Position numbers and translations under genes: made by a program. The notes under the pieces were generated by a model. It saw only the letters and a list, made by a program, of their open reading frames with translations, had not been told where the DNA came from and searched no databases. Shown piece after piece: positions 42,265-52,272 of a DNA stretch of 64,000 nt (positions are counted from its first letter, which is position 1; the number at the start of each line of letters is the position of its first letter). The DNA lies in assembly GCA_963765765.1 (NCBI GenBank), contig CAVXYC010000001.1, forward strand, positions 96,001 through 160,000. Reading direction: 5' to 3'. This DNA is from an uncultured Chloroflexia bacterium (GTDB taxonomy: Bacteria; Chloroflexota; UBA6077; JACCZL01).

Positions 42265-42387
42265 GGGACCGCCGACATCCTGTCGGCCCGGCCGCCGAGG
42301 CCGTACTTCAGCCGATGCTCCACGCATCACATGAGGAAGTCGCTAGAACGCGGCCGAGGGCCGGGCCGACAGGATGTCGGCGGTCCC
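42265..42387. repeat. Perfect 29-bp inverted repeat with internally palindromic arms (REP/REPIN-like)
   Basis: GGGACCGCCGACATCCTGTCGGCCCGGCC at 42265-42293 and its reverse complement at 42359-42387. Confidence 0.85.
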
Positions 42388-42398
42388 TGACTCAGTCT

Positions 42399-42424
42399 TG
42401 TCGATTCAGTCATACCTATTCGAC
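42399..42424 (+). promoter_or_regulatory. ECF42-like promoter (TGTCGA-N16-CGAC)
   Basis: Upstream of the third DoxX gene; its leader (CTGATAACA...GGGAGG) resembles that of the 41711 gene. Confidence 0.55.
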
Positions 42425-42458
42425 TCACTGATAACACCACGCAGGGAGGAACGGGATC

Positions 42459-42863
42459 ATGAATACGGTACTGTGGGCACTTCAGATATTTCTTGGGCTC
42501 TTCTTCGCGCTGGCCAGCGGCGCACCGAAGCTTTTCCTACCAATCGAAGCTCTTCCGATGCCGATACCGATTGCGCCGGAGGTGCTGAAGCTCATAGGCG
42601 TGCTCGAGGTCCTCGGCGGCTTGGGAATGATTCTTCCTGGACTCACACGGATTCAGCCGGGCCTGGCACCGCTGGCCGCTCTTGGATTGACGCTCGTTGC
42701 GCTCGGTGGCGCGACGTACCAATTCATGGCCGGGCAGCCTGAGAGCGGTGTGTTTGCCATCGTCATCGCGCTGCTGTGCGCGTTCATCGCCTACGGTCGC
42801 TGGCAGCTCGTTCCGCACCGCGGCCGCACATCCGCCAATGGAGCCAGCGCTCGCTCGATCTAG
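42459..42863 (+). CDS. DoxX-like membrane protein (tandem paralog)
   Basis: Collinear with the 41711 protein: FFALASGAPKL, GMILPGLTRIQPGL, YGRW. Confidence 0.85.
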   Translation: MNTVLWALQIFLGLFFALASGAPKLFLPIEALPMPIPIAPEVLKLIGVLEVLGGLGMILPGLTRIQPGLAPLAALGLTLVALGGATYQFMAGQPESGVFAIVIALLCAFIAYGRWQLVPHRGRTSANGASARSI

Positions 42864-42938
42864 CTACATGCTGAGAACCCGATCATTTGTCGGCGCCTTA
42901 GGGCGCCGACTTCTCATTCCGGCGGTAGTTGAGCGGAT

Positions 42939-43142
42939 CTATTTCGCCGACATAGGGTGAGCCATCGTGGCGGAAATACTGTCGACACGCCGAGCATGAG
43001 TAGTCCGGTCATCGTCCGAGATCGTGCATCCCCCGAGCTCGACCAGGCCGCGTCCGGATTTCTCCAGAAGTCCGGGAGCAGGCATTCCGTAGGCAATACG
43101 CACGAGACGCCCTTTGCAATCAGTACAACGCGGGTTTCGCAT
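42939..43142 (-). CDS. Small Cys-rich (zinc-ribbon-like) protein, end frameshifted
   Basis: MRNPRCTDC...IAYGMP...GLVELGGC; the alternate frame continues PDYSCSAC. Confidence 0.5.
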   Translation of the reverse strand: MRNPRCTDCKGRLVRIAYGMPAPGLLEKSGRGLVELGGCTISDDDRTTHARRVDSISATMAHPMSAK

Positions 43143-43239
43143 CGCCCCGCCTTTCTTCAACGAATCCACTGGGCCCATCGCGAATGAGTCTACATCGACC
43201 CCTTGATATGTGACCATATAGTCACGTATCATCCAAGAC

Positions 43240-43995
43240 ATGGACAAGGTATTCAGGGCGTTAGCGGATCCTACGCGGCGGAGCCTGCTGGATGAGCTGT
43301 TCAAACAGGACGGCCAGACGCTCAGTGCGCTTCAGCAGCGACTGACCATGACGCGTTTCGGCGTGATGAAACACCTGCGAGTGCTCGAGCAAGCAGGCCT
43401 GGTCACAACGAAGCGGCGTGGTCGCGAGAAGCTTCATTTTCTGAACGTCGTCCCGATTCGGCTGGTTCACGACCGCTGGGTGAGCAAGTACGCTGAGCCC
43501 TGGGCCGCCATGCTCAGCGAGCTCAAGAAAGACATCGAGGAGAACGTGATGGAGAAGGTATTCGAGATCTATATCAAGACCACGCCAGAGCGACTCTGGG
43601 AGGCAATAACCAATACGGACATGCGAGCGAAGTACACATTTGGCATGCGAATCACGTCCGACTGGGCGCCAGGCTCCCGCTACGAGGGGGTGGCAAGTGC
43701 ACCGCCTACGCCTATGGTGGAGGGTGAGAACCTCGAGGTGGATCCGCCGCGACGCCTTGTTCAAAGCTTGCGCGCGCTCTGGAGCGACGATGTGAAGGCG
43801 GAGGGCACGTCACGAGTGACCTGGGACATCACGCCTGTTGGTGATTCGTGTTGTCTGAAAGTGACGCACGATCAGCTTCGCGAGGGCGCCAACGACCAGC
43901 TCTACGGTGGCTGGCCAATGATTCTCTCCGGCTTGAAGACGCTGCTGGAGACCGGAGAGAAGCTCACCACGCCTGGCTCGCTGATGTACACCTAA
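43240..43995 (+). CDS. ArsR-family HTH fused to an SRPBCC/AHSA1 domain
   Basis: VFRALADPTRR, MTRFGVMKHLRVLE, then IYIKTTPERLWEAIT, VDPPRRLV, GGWPMILSGLKTLLETG. Confidence 0.9.
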   Translation: MDKVFRALADPTRRSLLDELFKQDGQTLSALQQRLTMTRFGVMKHLRVLEQAGLVTTKRRGREKLHFLNVVPIRLVHDRWVSKYAEPWAAMLSELKKDIEENVMEKVFEIYIKTTPERLWEAITNTDMRAKYTFGMRITSDWAPGSRYEGVASAPPTPMVEGENLEVDPPRRLVQSLRALWSDDVKAEGTSRVTWDITPVGDSCCLKVTHDQLREGANDQLYGGWPMILSGLKTLLETGEKLTTPGSLMYT

Positions 43996-44225
43996 AGTCG
44001 TGCATGGGGCACCGTGCAGCTCCGCCTGCCAGCGGCCGCCGGCGCCCCGTCTTTCCAGCGAAGAGCTACAGAAAAGCCGATTTGCAGCACGCTTCTTGCG
44101 CTCCGGTCGAAGTCGATGTCAGACCGATCACACGTTATTGAACCCGTGCTGGAGCGGTGCGGTCAGTTGTTGATGTGGTCGCGTCGCTGCATGGCGGTCA
44201 TGCGAACAGAGGTTATGGGGAGCAG

Positions 44226-44411
44226 ATGATGCAGTTAGAGATCGGGAGCGAGGAGCGGTCACTGTTGATAGATGTCCTGGACTCCGCCTACCGAAATTTG
44301 AAGGAAGAAATCAACAAGACTGAGACGTATGATTTCAAGAATGAGCTCAAGGGCCGTGAGGCCATTCTCTTGAGCCTTCTCGATCAGCTCAGAGCGTTAT
44401 CGCACACCTAG
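44226..44411 (+). CDS. Small helical hypothetical protein
   Basis: GGGAG RBS; MMQLEIGSEERSLLIDVL...LKEEINKTE..DFKNELK.RE. Confidence 0.55.
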   Translation: MMQLEIGSEERSLLIDVLDSAYRNLKEEINKTETYDFKNELKGREAILLSLLDQLRALSHT

Positions 44412-44445
44412 GCTGCTATTCGACGTACTGGCTCGCCGTTTCAAT

Positions 44446-45814
44446 TCACGTCAGCAACACATACGGCGCCTCAAGGATCTCCCGCACTCGTCGCAGGAAG
44501 GCGGCCGCCGGGGCGCCGTCGTTGATGCGATGGTCAAAGGCTAGGCTGAGCGTCATCTGCTCTCGTGGAACAACCGCGTCACCTACAACGGCTGGGCGGC
44601 GGGCGATGGCGCCAACACCAAGAATCGCGGCCTCAGGCGGATTCACGATGGGTGTGAAGCTCTCCACACCGTAGGCGCCGAGATTGGTGATGGTGAACGT
44701 GCCGCCTGTGACGTCGTCGGGACTTATGCGCCCGGACTTTGCCAGGTCTGCAAGTCGGAGAAGATCAGCGGATAACTGGTGGAGCGGTCGCGAGTCAGCC
44801 TGACGCGGCACAACGACTACCAGACCGTCATCCGTCGCCACGGCTACGCCGACATTGATCTCGCTGAGGATCTCTATGGCCGGCGGAGTGCGATCGGTCC
44901 AGCGTGCGTTGAGCGTCGGATGCTCGGCCAGCGCAAGTCCGCATGCTTTGGCAATCATCGCGTCGTACACCAGACGCGCGCCGTAACGCCGCTCGAACTC
45001 GGGGCTGATCTGTGCTTGGAAGCGCACGGCCTCAGCCATGTCCACGGTTGACGTCAACGTCACTCTCGCGACGCTTCTTGCTGACGCGGCCATGCGCTCC
45101 GCGGTGACCCGTCGCACCCGGCCGAGTGGCTCGAGGCGAGCTTCCGAGGCAGTCGCCGCAACTGGGACTGCCTCCGCGGGCGGAGTCATTGTCGGCTCGC
45201 TGCCCACGGCTGCGTTCACATCATCCGCTGTGATTCGGCCGCCGGGGCCCGTTCCGACTATCAATGCCAGGTCAAACGCCATGCTCCTCGGCCAGCTTGC
45301 GCGCCAGTGGCGAAGCCATGATGCGCTCGCTCGGTTGTGACGTTGGAGCGGTCACGGCGGCCGATTTCACATCGCGTTCCACCACTCGACCGCCCGGTCC
45401 AGAGCCCGCGAGTGCGAGCGCGTCAACGCCCAGCTCACGAGCCACCCTTCGGGCTCGTGGAGATGCGAATCGACGCTCGGCAACGGGCGAAACCTTTGCT
45501 ACGGAGACTTGCGGCGACGCTGCTGGAGCGCTGACCGCGGCCGGCGTTGTGGAGGCGGGGGCACTGACTATCTCATCAGCTTCGCCGATGAATCCGATTG
45601 TTCCCCCAACAGCTACCGTCTCTCCAGCCGTCGCGGCGATGGAGAGGAGTACTCCCTCGTATGGCGAGGGGACTTCCAACGCGGCCTTGTCTGTCTCCAC
45701 CACAAGTAGCGCGTCATCCTTCGCTATCGAGTCGCCCTCCTGCTTGAGCCACTCCACTATGGTGCCCTCGTCCATGGTCAGGCCGAGGCTCGGCATGATG
45801 ACGCGTTGTGCCAT
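44446..45814 (-). CDS. Dihydrolipoamide acyltransferase (E2), frameshift near 45275
   Basis: Lipoyl motif VETDKA, two peripheral subunit-binding domains (ASPRARR, ASPLARK), GGTFTITNLG, DHRINDGA. Confidence 0.92.
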
Positions 45815-45874
45815 CGTTGTGTCCCAATCTGTCCAATCGGTGTGCTAGACTCGGCTTCCGAGTGTACAGCAGCG

Positions 45875-46984
45875 ATGCGATTTCTGCTCTTCTCGGACCT
45901 GCATCTCGACACTCAGTTCGCCTGGTTGGCAGGGCATCCAGAGTTGGCCGGCCGGCGACGGCAGGCCCTCCGGGACACGCTCGTGCGCATTGCCGACCTG
46001 GCTGTCACTGAGCACGTGGATGCCCTGTTGTGCGGTGGCGATCTGTACGAGCACGATCGCTTCACGCCCGACACTGTAGCCTTCGTTCGCTCCGTCTTTG
46101 CTCGACTGCACCCTTTGCCGATATTCATCGCGCCGGGGAATCACGATTGGCTGGGTCCCGCCAGTCTTTACGCGCAGGCTGATTGGAGCCCGAACGTTCA
46201 CGTGTTCAGCGAGGATCGGTTGACGCCCGTCACCCTGACTGATGGAGTCACTCTGTGGGGAGCGGCGCACCGAGCTCCAGCCAACACCGACGGTTTTCTC
46301 GACGACTTCGCGGTCGACCGAGGCGGCGTTCACCTGGCCCTGTTCCATGGCTCGGAGCAAGGCGCCCTGGGCTTCCAGGAGCAGGGGAAGGCGCCGCACG
46401 CGCCGTTTCGGTTGGAGCAGATTCCCGCGTCGGGTCTGCACCACGCGATGCTTGGCCATTTCCACCGTCCACGGGGAACCGAGTATTCGACCTACCCCGG
46501 CAATCCGGATCCACTGACATTCGGTGAAGAGGGCGTGCGCGGGGCGGTCATCGTTTCCCTTCTGAACAACGGAACCGTGAAGCAGGAAACGCACGACGTG
46601 GGTGCGAGCGAGCTACACAGTCTCAGCGTTGATGTGACTGGATGCGTCAGCGGGCAGGAGGTGCGCGAGCGAATTCGCGAGACCGGCCGAGGCTTGTCCG
46701 GCTTCGTCCAGCTGACGCTGGATGGCGATGTGGATCCCTCGGTGGAGCTACGGAAGTCGCAAGTGAGCGTGGACCAATTACCTGACTGTGTTGTCGTGAT
46801 GCGTGCCGGGGCGCTGAGAACCGCGTATGACGTGGATGCCATCAGTCGCGAGAGTACCGTCCGCGGGCAGTTCGTGCGTGACGTTCTGGCAAGCGCAGAG
46901 CTTGACGAAGCTCGCCGGGCACTCGTGCTCACCACCGGGCTGCGGGCCCTGGATGGTCGGGACGATCTGGACCTGACGACTTGA
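45875..46984 (+). CDS. Mre11/SbcD-like metallophosphoesterase nuclease (YhaO-like)
   Basis: SDLHLD, GGDLYE, PGNHD, HGS, LGHFH, YPGNP. Confidence 0.9.
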   Translation: MRFLLFSDLHLDTQFAWLAGHPELAGRRRQALRDTLVRIADLAVTEHVDALLCGGDLYEHDRFTPDTVAFVRSVFARLHPLPIFIAPGNHDWLGPASLYAQADWSPNVHVFSEDRLTPVTLTDGVTLWGAAHRAPANTDGFLDDFAVDRGGVHLALFHGSEQGALGFQEQGKAPHAPFRLEQIPASGLHHAMLGHFHRPRGTEYSTYPGNPDPLTFGEEGVRGAVIVSLLNNGTVKQETHDVGASELHSLSVDVTGCVSGQEVRERIRETGRGLSGFVQLTLDGDVDPSVELRKSQVSVDQLPDCVVVMRAGALRTAYDVDAISRESTVRGQFVRDVLASAELDEARRALVLTTGLRALDGRDDLDLTT

Positions 46985-47041
46985 CGACGGCCGGCTGACA
47001 CGCGTTCTCCTTCATGAGGCTTCCCACGATAAAGGCCGTGC

Positions 47042-49266
47042 ATGCGTTTTGAGTCCGTCGCGGCTTACGCCTTCGGTCCGCTCAAGGATCGGCCAACTTG
47101 TGCTCGCGCCAGGCATGAACGTCATCTGGGGACCGAACGAAGCAGGCAAGTCCTCGTGGCACGCCGCGTTGTACGCCGGGCTCTGCGGGATGCGGCGAGC
47201 GCGAGGGAAGCCCACCAATGAGGACCAGCGCTTTGGCGAACGGCATCGACCCTGGGACGGTTCGAACTGGGACGTGGGCGCGATCATTCAGCTCGAAGAC
47301 GGCCGGCGCATAGAGCTGCGACACGACCTGGCGGGGCGCGTGAGCTCTCGCGCCAGCGACGCCGACCTGGGGCGTGACTGCTCGGACGAGATCATTGCGG
47401 ATGGCGCTCCCGATGGAGCGAGATGGCTCGGCCTGGATCGTCGGTCATTCGTGGCCACGGCATGTGTCCGCCAGGCCGATCTGATGGGCGTTCTCGATGA
47501 CCCTGGCATGCTGCAAGAAGAGCTTCAGCGAGCCGCCGCCACGAGCGGAACGGACGCAACCGCCGCGGCCGCCCTCGCACGGTTGGAGCAATTTAGAGCC
47601 GAGCATGTCGGCCGCGATATCGCCAGCTCCACTCGACCTCTGCGGCGGGCTCAACGTGAGCTGGAGGCGGCGCGGCTTCATGCTGAGGCAGCGCGTCTGG
47701 AGCACGCACGCTACCTGACGCTGGCGGAACAGATCGAGCGACAGGAGCAGGTACTGAAAGCCCTTTCCTCGCGGCTCCAGTCGGCCGAGTGGAATCGGGA
47801 GCAGCAAGAGATTCTGAGGCTCAAGCAACGCCGTGTCGCGGCGATAGAGCTGGCGCGGCGATTTCCGACCGGCCCGCCCTCGATCGACTCCTCAGTCCAC
47901 CTGCTCACGCGGCAAGCGGCCGAGACGCTCGAAGCCTGGCGTCAACGACCAGCCGAGCGAGCACTCGACGGTCCATCGGCCGATGAGCTAAGGCGCACGC
48001 TTGATCAAGTCGCAGCGGAGCAGCCGACTCGGGGGCGACAGTCACCCAATTCATTGAGTCGCCCCGTTCTCGTGCTTGGTGGTGTGTCGCTCGTTCTTGG
48101 ACTCGTCGCTGGAGTCATCGGTCAGACTGTGTTGGCCGTGATTTGCGTTGCGCTAAGCGCAGGAATACTCATCTGGACGGTGATGAATCGAGATTCTGCG
48201 AACATCATGGACGCTCCGATCGGCTCAGACGAGGCATACCGGGGCGCGCTTGAGCGCGAGATTCAGCGTCGCGAGCAAGATGAGCTCGACGCGCGCGCCG
48301 CCGCGGAGCGTAGGGAAGGCTTGCCAAGAAGCTCTTCGAGCCGTTGCCGAGCGATGCGGCGTCACGGGCTCGAGCGACGATGACCTGGCACTCGAGCTTG
48401 ATGGCTGGATTGCGCTGACCCATCGAAAGCTCAGCTCGTTGAGTGACGCTGCCAGAGAGTTTGGAGAGCTGGCCAGGCAACAGGGTGACGGGACGCTCGA
48501 CGAGATCGACGCAGAGCTGCGCGACCGCTTTCAGCGCCTGGAAGCATTGAGTCCTGCGCCCACGGTCGAGGGGGCAGTGAGTCAGCCAGACTCCTCAGTA
48601 GATCAGCTCGCTGATGAGATCGGCGAGACTCAGCGTCGCCTGGCGCTGCTCCAGGGCCAGCGTCTGGAGCTCGGGCAAGCGTTGTCGAGTGTGGCTGAGG
48701 CGGAGGAGCGAAGTCTAGCGGCGGAGATGCAGCTCGCACGAGTCCAAAAGCTCGAATCGGTGTTGACCGATACGCAGCGCTTTCTCACGGCGGCGCAAGA
48801 CCAGGTTCACCGATCGATTGCACCGGTTCTGGCGAGCTCGATTCGCTCTCGGCTCGATCCCATCACGCACGGTCGGTACACCGACGTGCGGGTAGATCCC
48901 GCGTCGCTCGAAGTGCGCGTTCTCGATTCGGACGAGCAGTGGCGAGAGGCGGCGCTCCTCTCGCACGGAACGGCGGAGCAGATCTATCTGCTTCTTCGCG
49001 TAGCGCTGGCGGAGCACCTAACCCGGGCGGGGGAGGTCTGCCCGCTCATCCTGGACGACGTGACCGCCCACTGTGATGACGAGCGCACGCTCACTGTGCT
49101 GGATACCCTCCACGCCATCAGCCGTGAGCGGCAAGTCATTCTCTTCAGCCAGGAATCCCGTGTCCGCCAGTGGGCTGGCGCGAGCCTGGTGAGCGAGCGC
49201 GATCGGCTGGAGATGCTTGGGCAGGTGGATCCGCGCCGCGATGCCCTCACGCCAAGCCTTGGTTAG
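47042..49266 (+). CDS. Rad50/SbcC-like coiled-coil ATPase (YhaN-like), frameshifted
   Basis: Walker A GPNEAGKS, Q-loop CVRQ, coiled coil, signature LSHGTAEQ, Walker B ILDD. Confidence 0.85.
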
Positions 49267-49882
49267 CAGTGACCCTTTGAATCGTTATGCGGCCGCGACG
49301 GGTCGCGCTAGCCACGTCGACTACCATCAGAGCACGCCCTACCCTGACGAATGCGATTCCGTCTCCGACGATCACGCAAGTCTCTGGGGGCAGCGGCTTC
49401 CTACTACGACAATCACTCCGACGTCGGTATCCTCGATACCAACACCTTCACCGACATCCAACCCGCTGCCGGTATTCGCCTCAGCGACTTCGACCCTCGG
49501 CGAGGGAACCCTGACGGTAGCGCCCGCCATCGCAGCCTCACCAACACCCACGCCAACAATGAGCGGTATGGCCACTTTAGCGGCGGGACTGCCGATACCG
49601 AGCCGGACGCCCAGCCCGACAACCCCGGCCACCGCAACCGCCACACCTACTCAGATGCGCACACCGACGCGAACCGCGGTGTCAACGAGCTCAGCTCACT
49701 CAGCGGTCCGCCGACGACCAGCCAGCAAATGCAAGGATGAGAACTGAAGCGGTTCTCGAATCCGACTTCGGGAACCAGGATGAGTGTGAGCTACGTTGTG
49801 CAGCATGGAGGCCGATAGCCAAGGACGTGCGAGCGAACGACGCCTGTATCAAGCTTAGATCCGAGGGGAACCGGAGAGCTCC

Positions 49883-50809
49883 CTACCACCAGAGCACGTC
49901 ATCGAGCGCACCATCATCCGTCGGCAGCTCGTCGGTTTGCAGAGATGGAGACCCGAGGTATTTCCACCCGGAATCGGCGAACATCACAACGACGTTGCCT
50001 CGCTCCAGCCGCTGTGCCCACTTCAGGGCAGCGTGCATGGCCGCGCCTGAAGACGGGCCCACCATGAGCCCCTCGCGCGCCAGGAGCTCGCGAACCGCGC
50101 GGAAAGCACTGCCGCTGTTCACCAGAATTTTCCCGTCCAGCGCGGCGAGGTCCAGAATGGGCGGCACGTAGCCCTCGGCCATACTTCGTAGCCCCTGAAG
50201 CTGCGCGCCGGGGTGAGGCTCTGCCGCTATGAGCTTGACCGCCGAGTTGTGCCCCTTCAGACGGCGGCCGACACCCATAATGGTCCCGCCGGTTCCCACG
50301 CCGCACACGAACGCATCAACGTTGGGGCAGGCGGCGATAATCTCGACGCCCGTTCTTGCGTAGTGAGCGCCGGGGTTGTCCGCCGAGCCGAACTGATTCA
50401 GCAGATATGCCCCATCCTGTTCTGCGATCTGACGCGCCACGTCGATGGCATTGCGGACTCCGGGCTGACCCGCCACGTGCTCGATGCGCGCACCGTAGGC
50501 AGTCAGCACGCGAATAATGTCTGTAAACGCGGTCTCGGGAACCACGACGCGGACAGGGTGGCCGAACCGTGCCCCGATCATCGCCAGGGCAATTCCGGTA
50601 TTGCCGGTGGTTGCCTCGACGATCTCCTGACCCTCGCGCAACGCTCCCCGTGCTCGAGCCTGCTCCAGCATATGTGCCACGACCCGATCTTTGATCGACC
50701 CGGTCGTGTTCTGGCCCTCGAGTTTGGCGAAGATGCGAACACCCGTCTTCGGCGAGCAATGCGTCAACTCGACGAGCGGGGTGTTTCCGATGAGCGAGAG
50801 TGAATCCAT
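49883..50809 (-). CDS. cysM: PLP-dependent cysteine synthase (CysM-like)
   Basis: IGNTPLV, KLEGQNTTGSIKDR, TTGNTG, GVGTGGT, ADSGWKYL. Confidence 0.8.
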   Translation of the reverse strand: MDSLSLIGNTPLVELTHCSPKTGVRIFAKLEGQNTTGSIKDRVVAHMLEQARARGALREGQEIVEATTGNTGIALAMIGARFGHPVRVVVPETAFTDIIRVLTAYGARIEHVAGQPGVRNAIDVARQIAEQDGAYLLNQFGSADNPGAHYARTGVEIIAACPNVDAFVCGVGTGGTIMGVGRRLKGHNSAVKLIAAEPHPGAQLQGLRSMAEGYVPPILDLAALDGKILVNSGSAFRAVRELLAREGLMVGPSSGAAMHAALKWAQRLERGNVVVMFADSGWKYLGSPSLQTDELPTDDGALDDVLWW

Positions 50810-51023
50810 GGAGCTCAGTCTAGCTCACGGTCCAAAGCGGTTGCGGTGCCGGGATGGTTTTGCGGAGTACTCTCGGACGCTGATAGACCGTTGTGGGAGA
50901 GTCAGGCCCGATTTTTGCCTGGGCAGTCGCTCCAGTAGCAAGGGAGCTGGGCTCGCGCAGTGATCCGCGAGGGCCCCTCCTTAGACCGGAGCGGCTGGCC
51001 CGCCGGTCGGGGAAGAGGACCCC

Positions 51024-51641
51024 ATGACAAACATCTCGTATGGGCGTGACGAGAACGCGCGGCCCGTTGCGACGCCGGCACACCGGCCATCTCCTGGAAG
51101 CCCGACTTTCAGGAACCTCGCGCTAGGCGGATGCGGAGCTGCTATGGTCGCGTTCATTGCGGCCTGTGCGCCGACCGCCACGGCTCCATCGGCCCCAACG
51201 GCGGTGAGCGCCGCCACCGCGGCTGCATCGCCGGTGGCCACGTTGGTTGCTGCCTCACCTGTGACCACCGTCGCCGCGGCTGCCTCGGCGGCGGCTTCGC
51301 CTGCCGCGGCGGTGGCGGCCGCGTCCCCAGTTCGTATTACCGCCGCTCAGTTGAGTCCCACCGACACGACGATAACGGTTCAGAACGCCGGCAACGCAGT
51401 GGTAGACATGACCGGTTGGCGATTGCGCGTGGGAGGCGCCACGGTCACGCTTCCGGCGAACAGCCGAGTGGCTCCCGGAGAAAGCATTACCATCCACACG
51501 GCGAGCGGGACGAACAGTGGCACAGACGTGTATCTGGGAAGCGACGCGGCGACTCTGCTCAGCGGCCTCCAGCCTGGCGCTACGGTAGCCTTGGTCGACG
51601 CCCAGGGGACAGTGGTAAGCGAATTCGTATTGCCAAGCTAG
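51024..51641 (+). CDS. Lamin-tail-domain lipoprotein
   Basis: Lipobox-like IAAC, Ala/Pro/Ser linker, ITVQNAG..VDMTGWRL...VAPGESITIHT, LVDAQG. Confidence 0.7.
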   Translation: MTNISYGRDENARPVATPAHRPSPGSPTFRNLALGGCGAAMVAFIAACAPTATAPSAPTAVSAATAAASPVATLVAASPVTTVAAAASAAASPAAAVAAASPVRITAAQLSPTDTTITVQNAGNAVVDMTGWRLRVGGATVTLPANSRVAPGESITIHTASGTNSGTDVYLGSDAATLLSGLQPGATVALVDAQGTVVSEFVLPS

Positions 51642-51652
51642 CGAGCAGGTCG

Positions 51653-51680
51653 GGAGGCGAGAGCTCAGGTTCTCGCCTCC
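51653..51680. terminator. Hairpin between convergent genes
   Basis: GGAGGCGAGA-N8-TCTCGCCTCC. Confidence 0.55.
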
Positions 51681-51839
51681 GGCGATCTCTCTAGTCCTCT
51701 CCGCCGTGGAGACAGCCCGGCGGGTCCCGACTGGAGCGGGATGCCGATGGCGTTCATTGAGGCCGTTGCTGCGTTCGTTGCACCGCCGTACCAGGAGCCT
51801 CGCCGACGCTCCCAAAGGACGGTGAACTGGTTCTGCGGG

Positions 51840-52098
51840 CTACTGCGGCAGGCTCATGGCCTTCTGACTGTCCACTTCGTAGTACTCGTTCTGACTCACG
51901 TCCCCGAGGGTGGACTCGATGAGACCGCGGACCGTCTCGACCGAGTCGGCTTCCCATAGGCAGACTGCCGTGGAACCTTCCCGATTGGGCAGTGTGGAAT
52001 GGATCTGCACACCCTGGGGCAGTGAGGCGGCGGGCCTCCTGCGCGACGGACCAAAACTTCGCGGGGTCTGAAACGGAGTGCTTGACGACCACGTACAT
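51840..52098 (-). CDS. Small alpha/beta-barrel-like hypothetical protein (frameshifted)
   Basis: MYVVVKHSVSDPAKFW; the alternate frame gives AVCLWEADSVETVR...NEYYEVD. Confidence 0.55.
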
Positions 52099-52272
52099 GG
52101 AGTAATCTCTGGCCAGCTCAGTGCGGCAGAGCTCCCGGAGCCCAGTTGTCCGAGCTTCCGGTGGTACTAGTTTAGTCGGAATGGCCAGACTAGAGTGTAC
52201 GGTGTGTCGAGCTTTCTGCCGGCTGGAGAGGCTTCGGGCGCACCCTCCAGTTCTCGCCCTGATGGAGTGACG

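Noticed and set aside
49217-49747. Pro/Thr-rich ORF on the plus strand, or Val/Gly-rich ORF on the minus strand
   Set aside because: Low-complexity sequence with no convincing start or motif; the coding strand cannot be decided.
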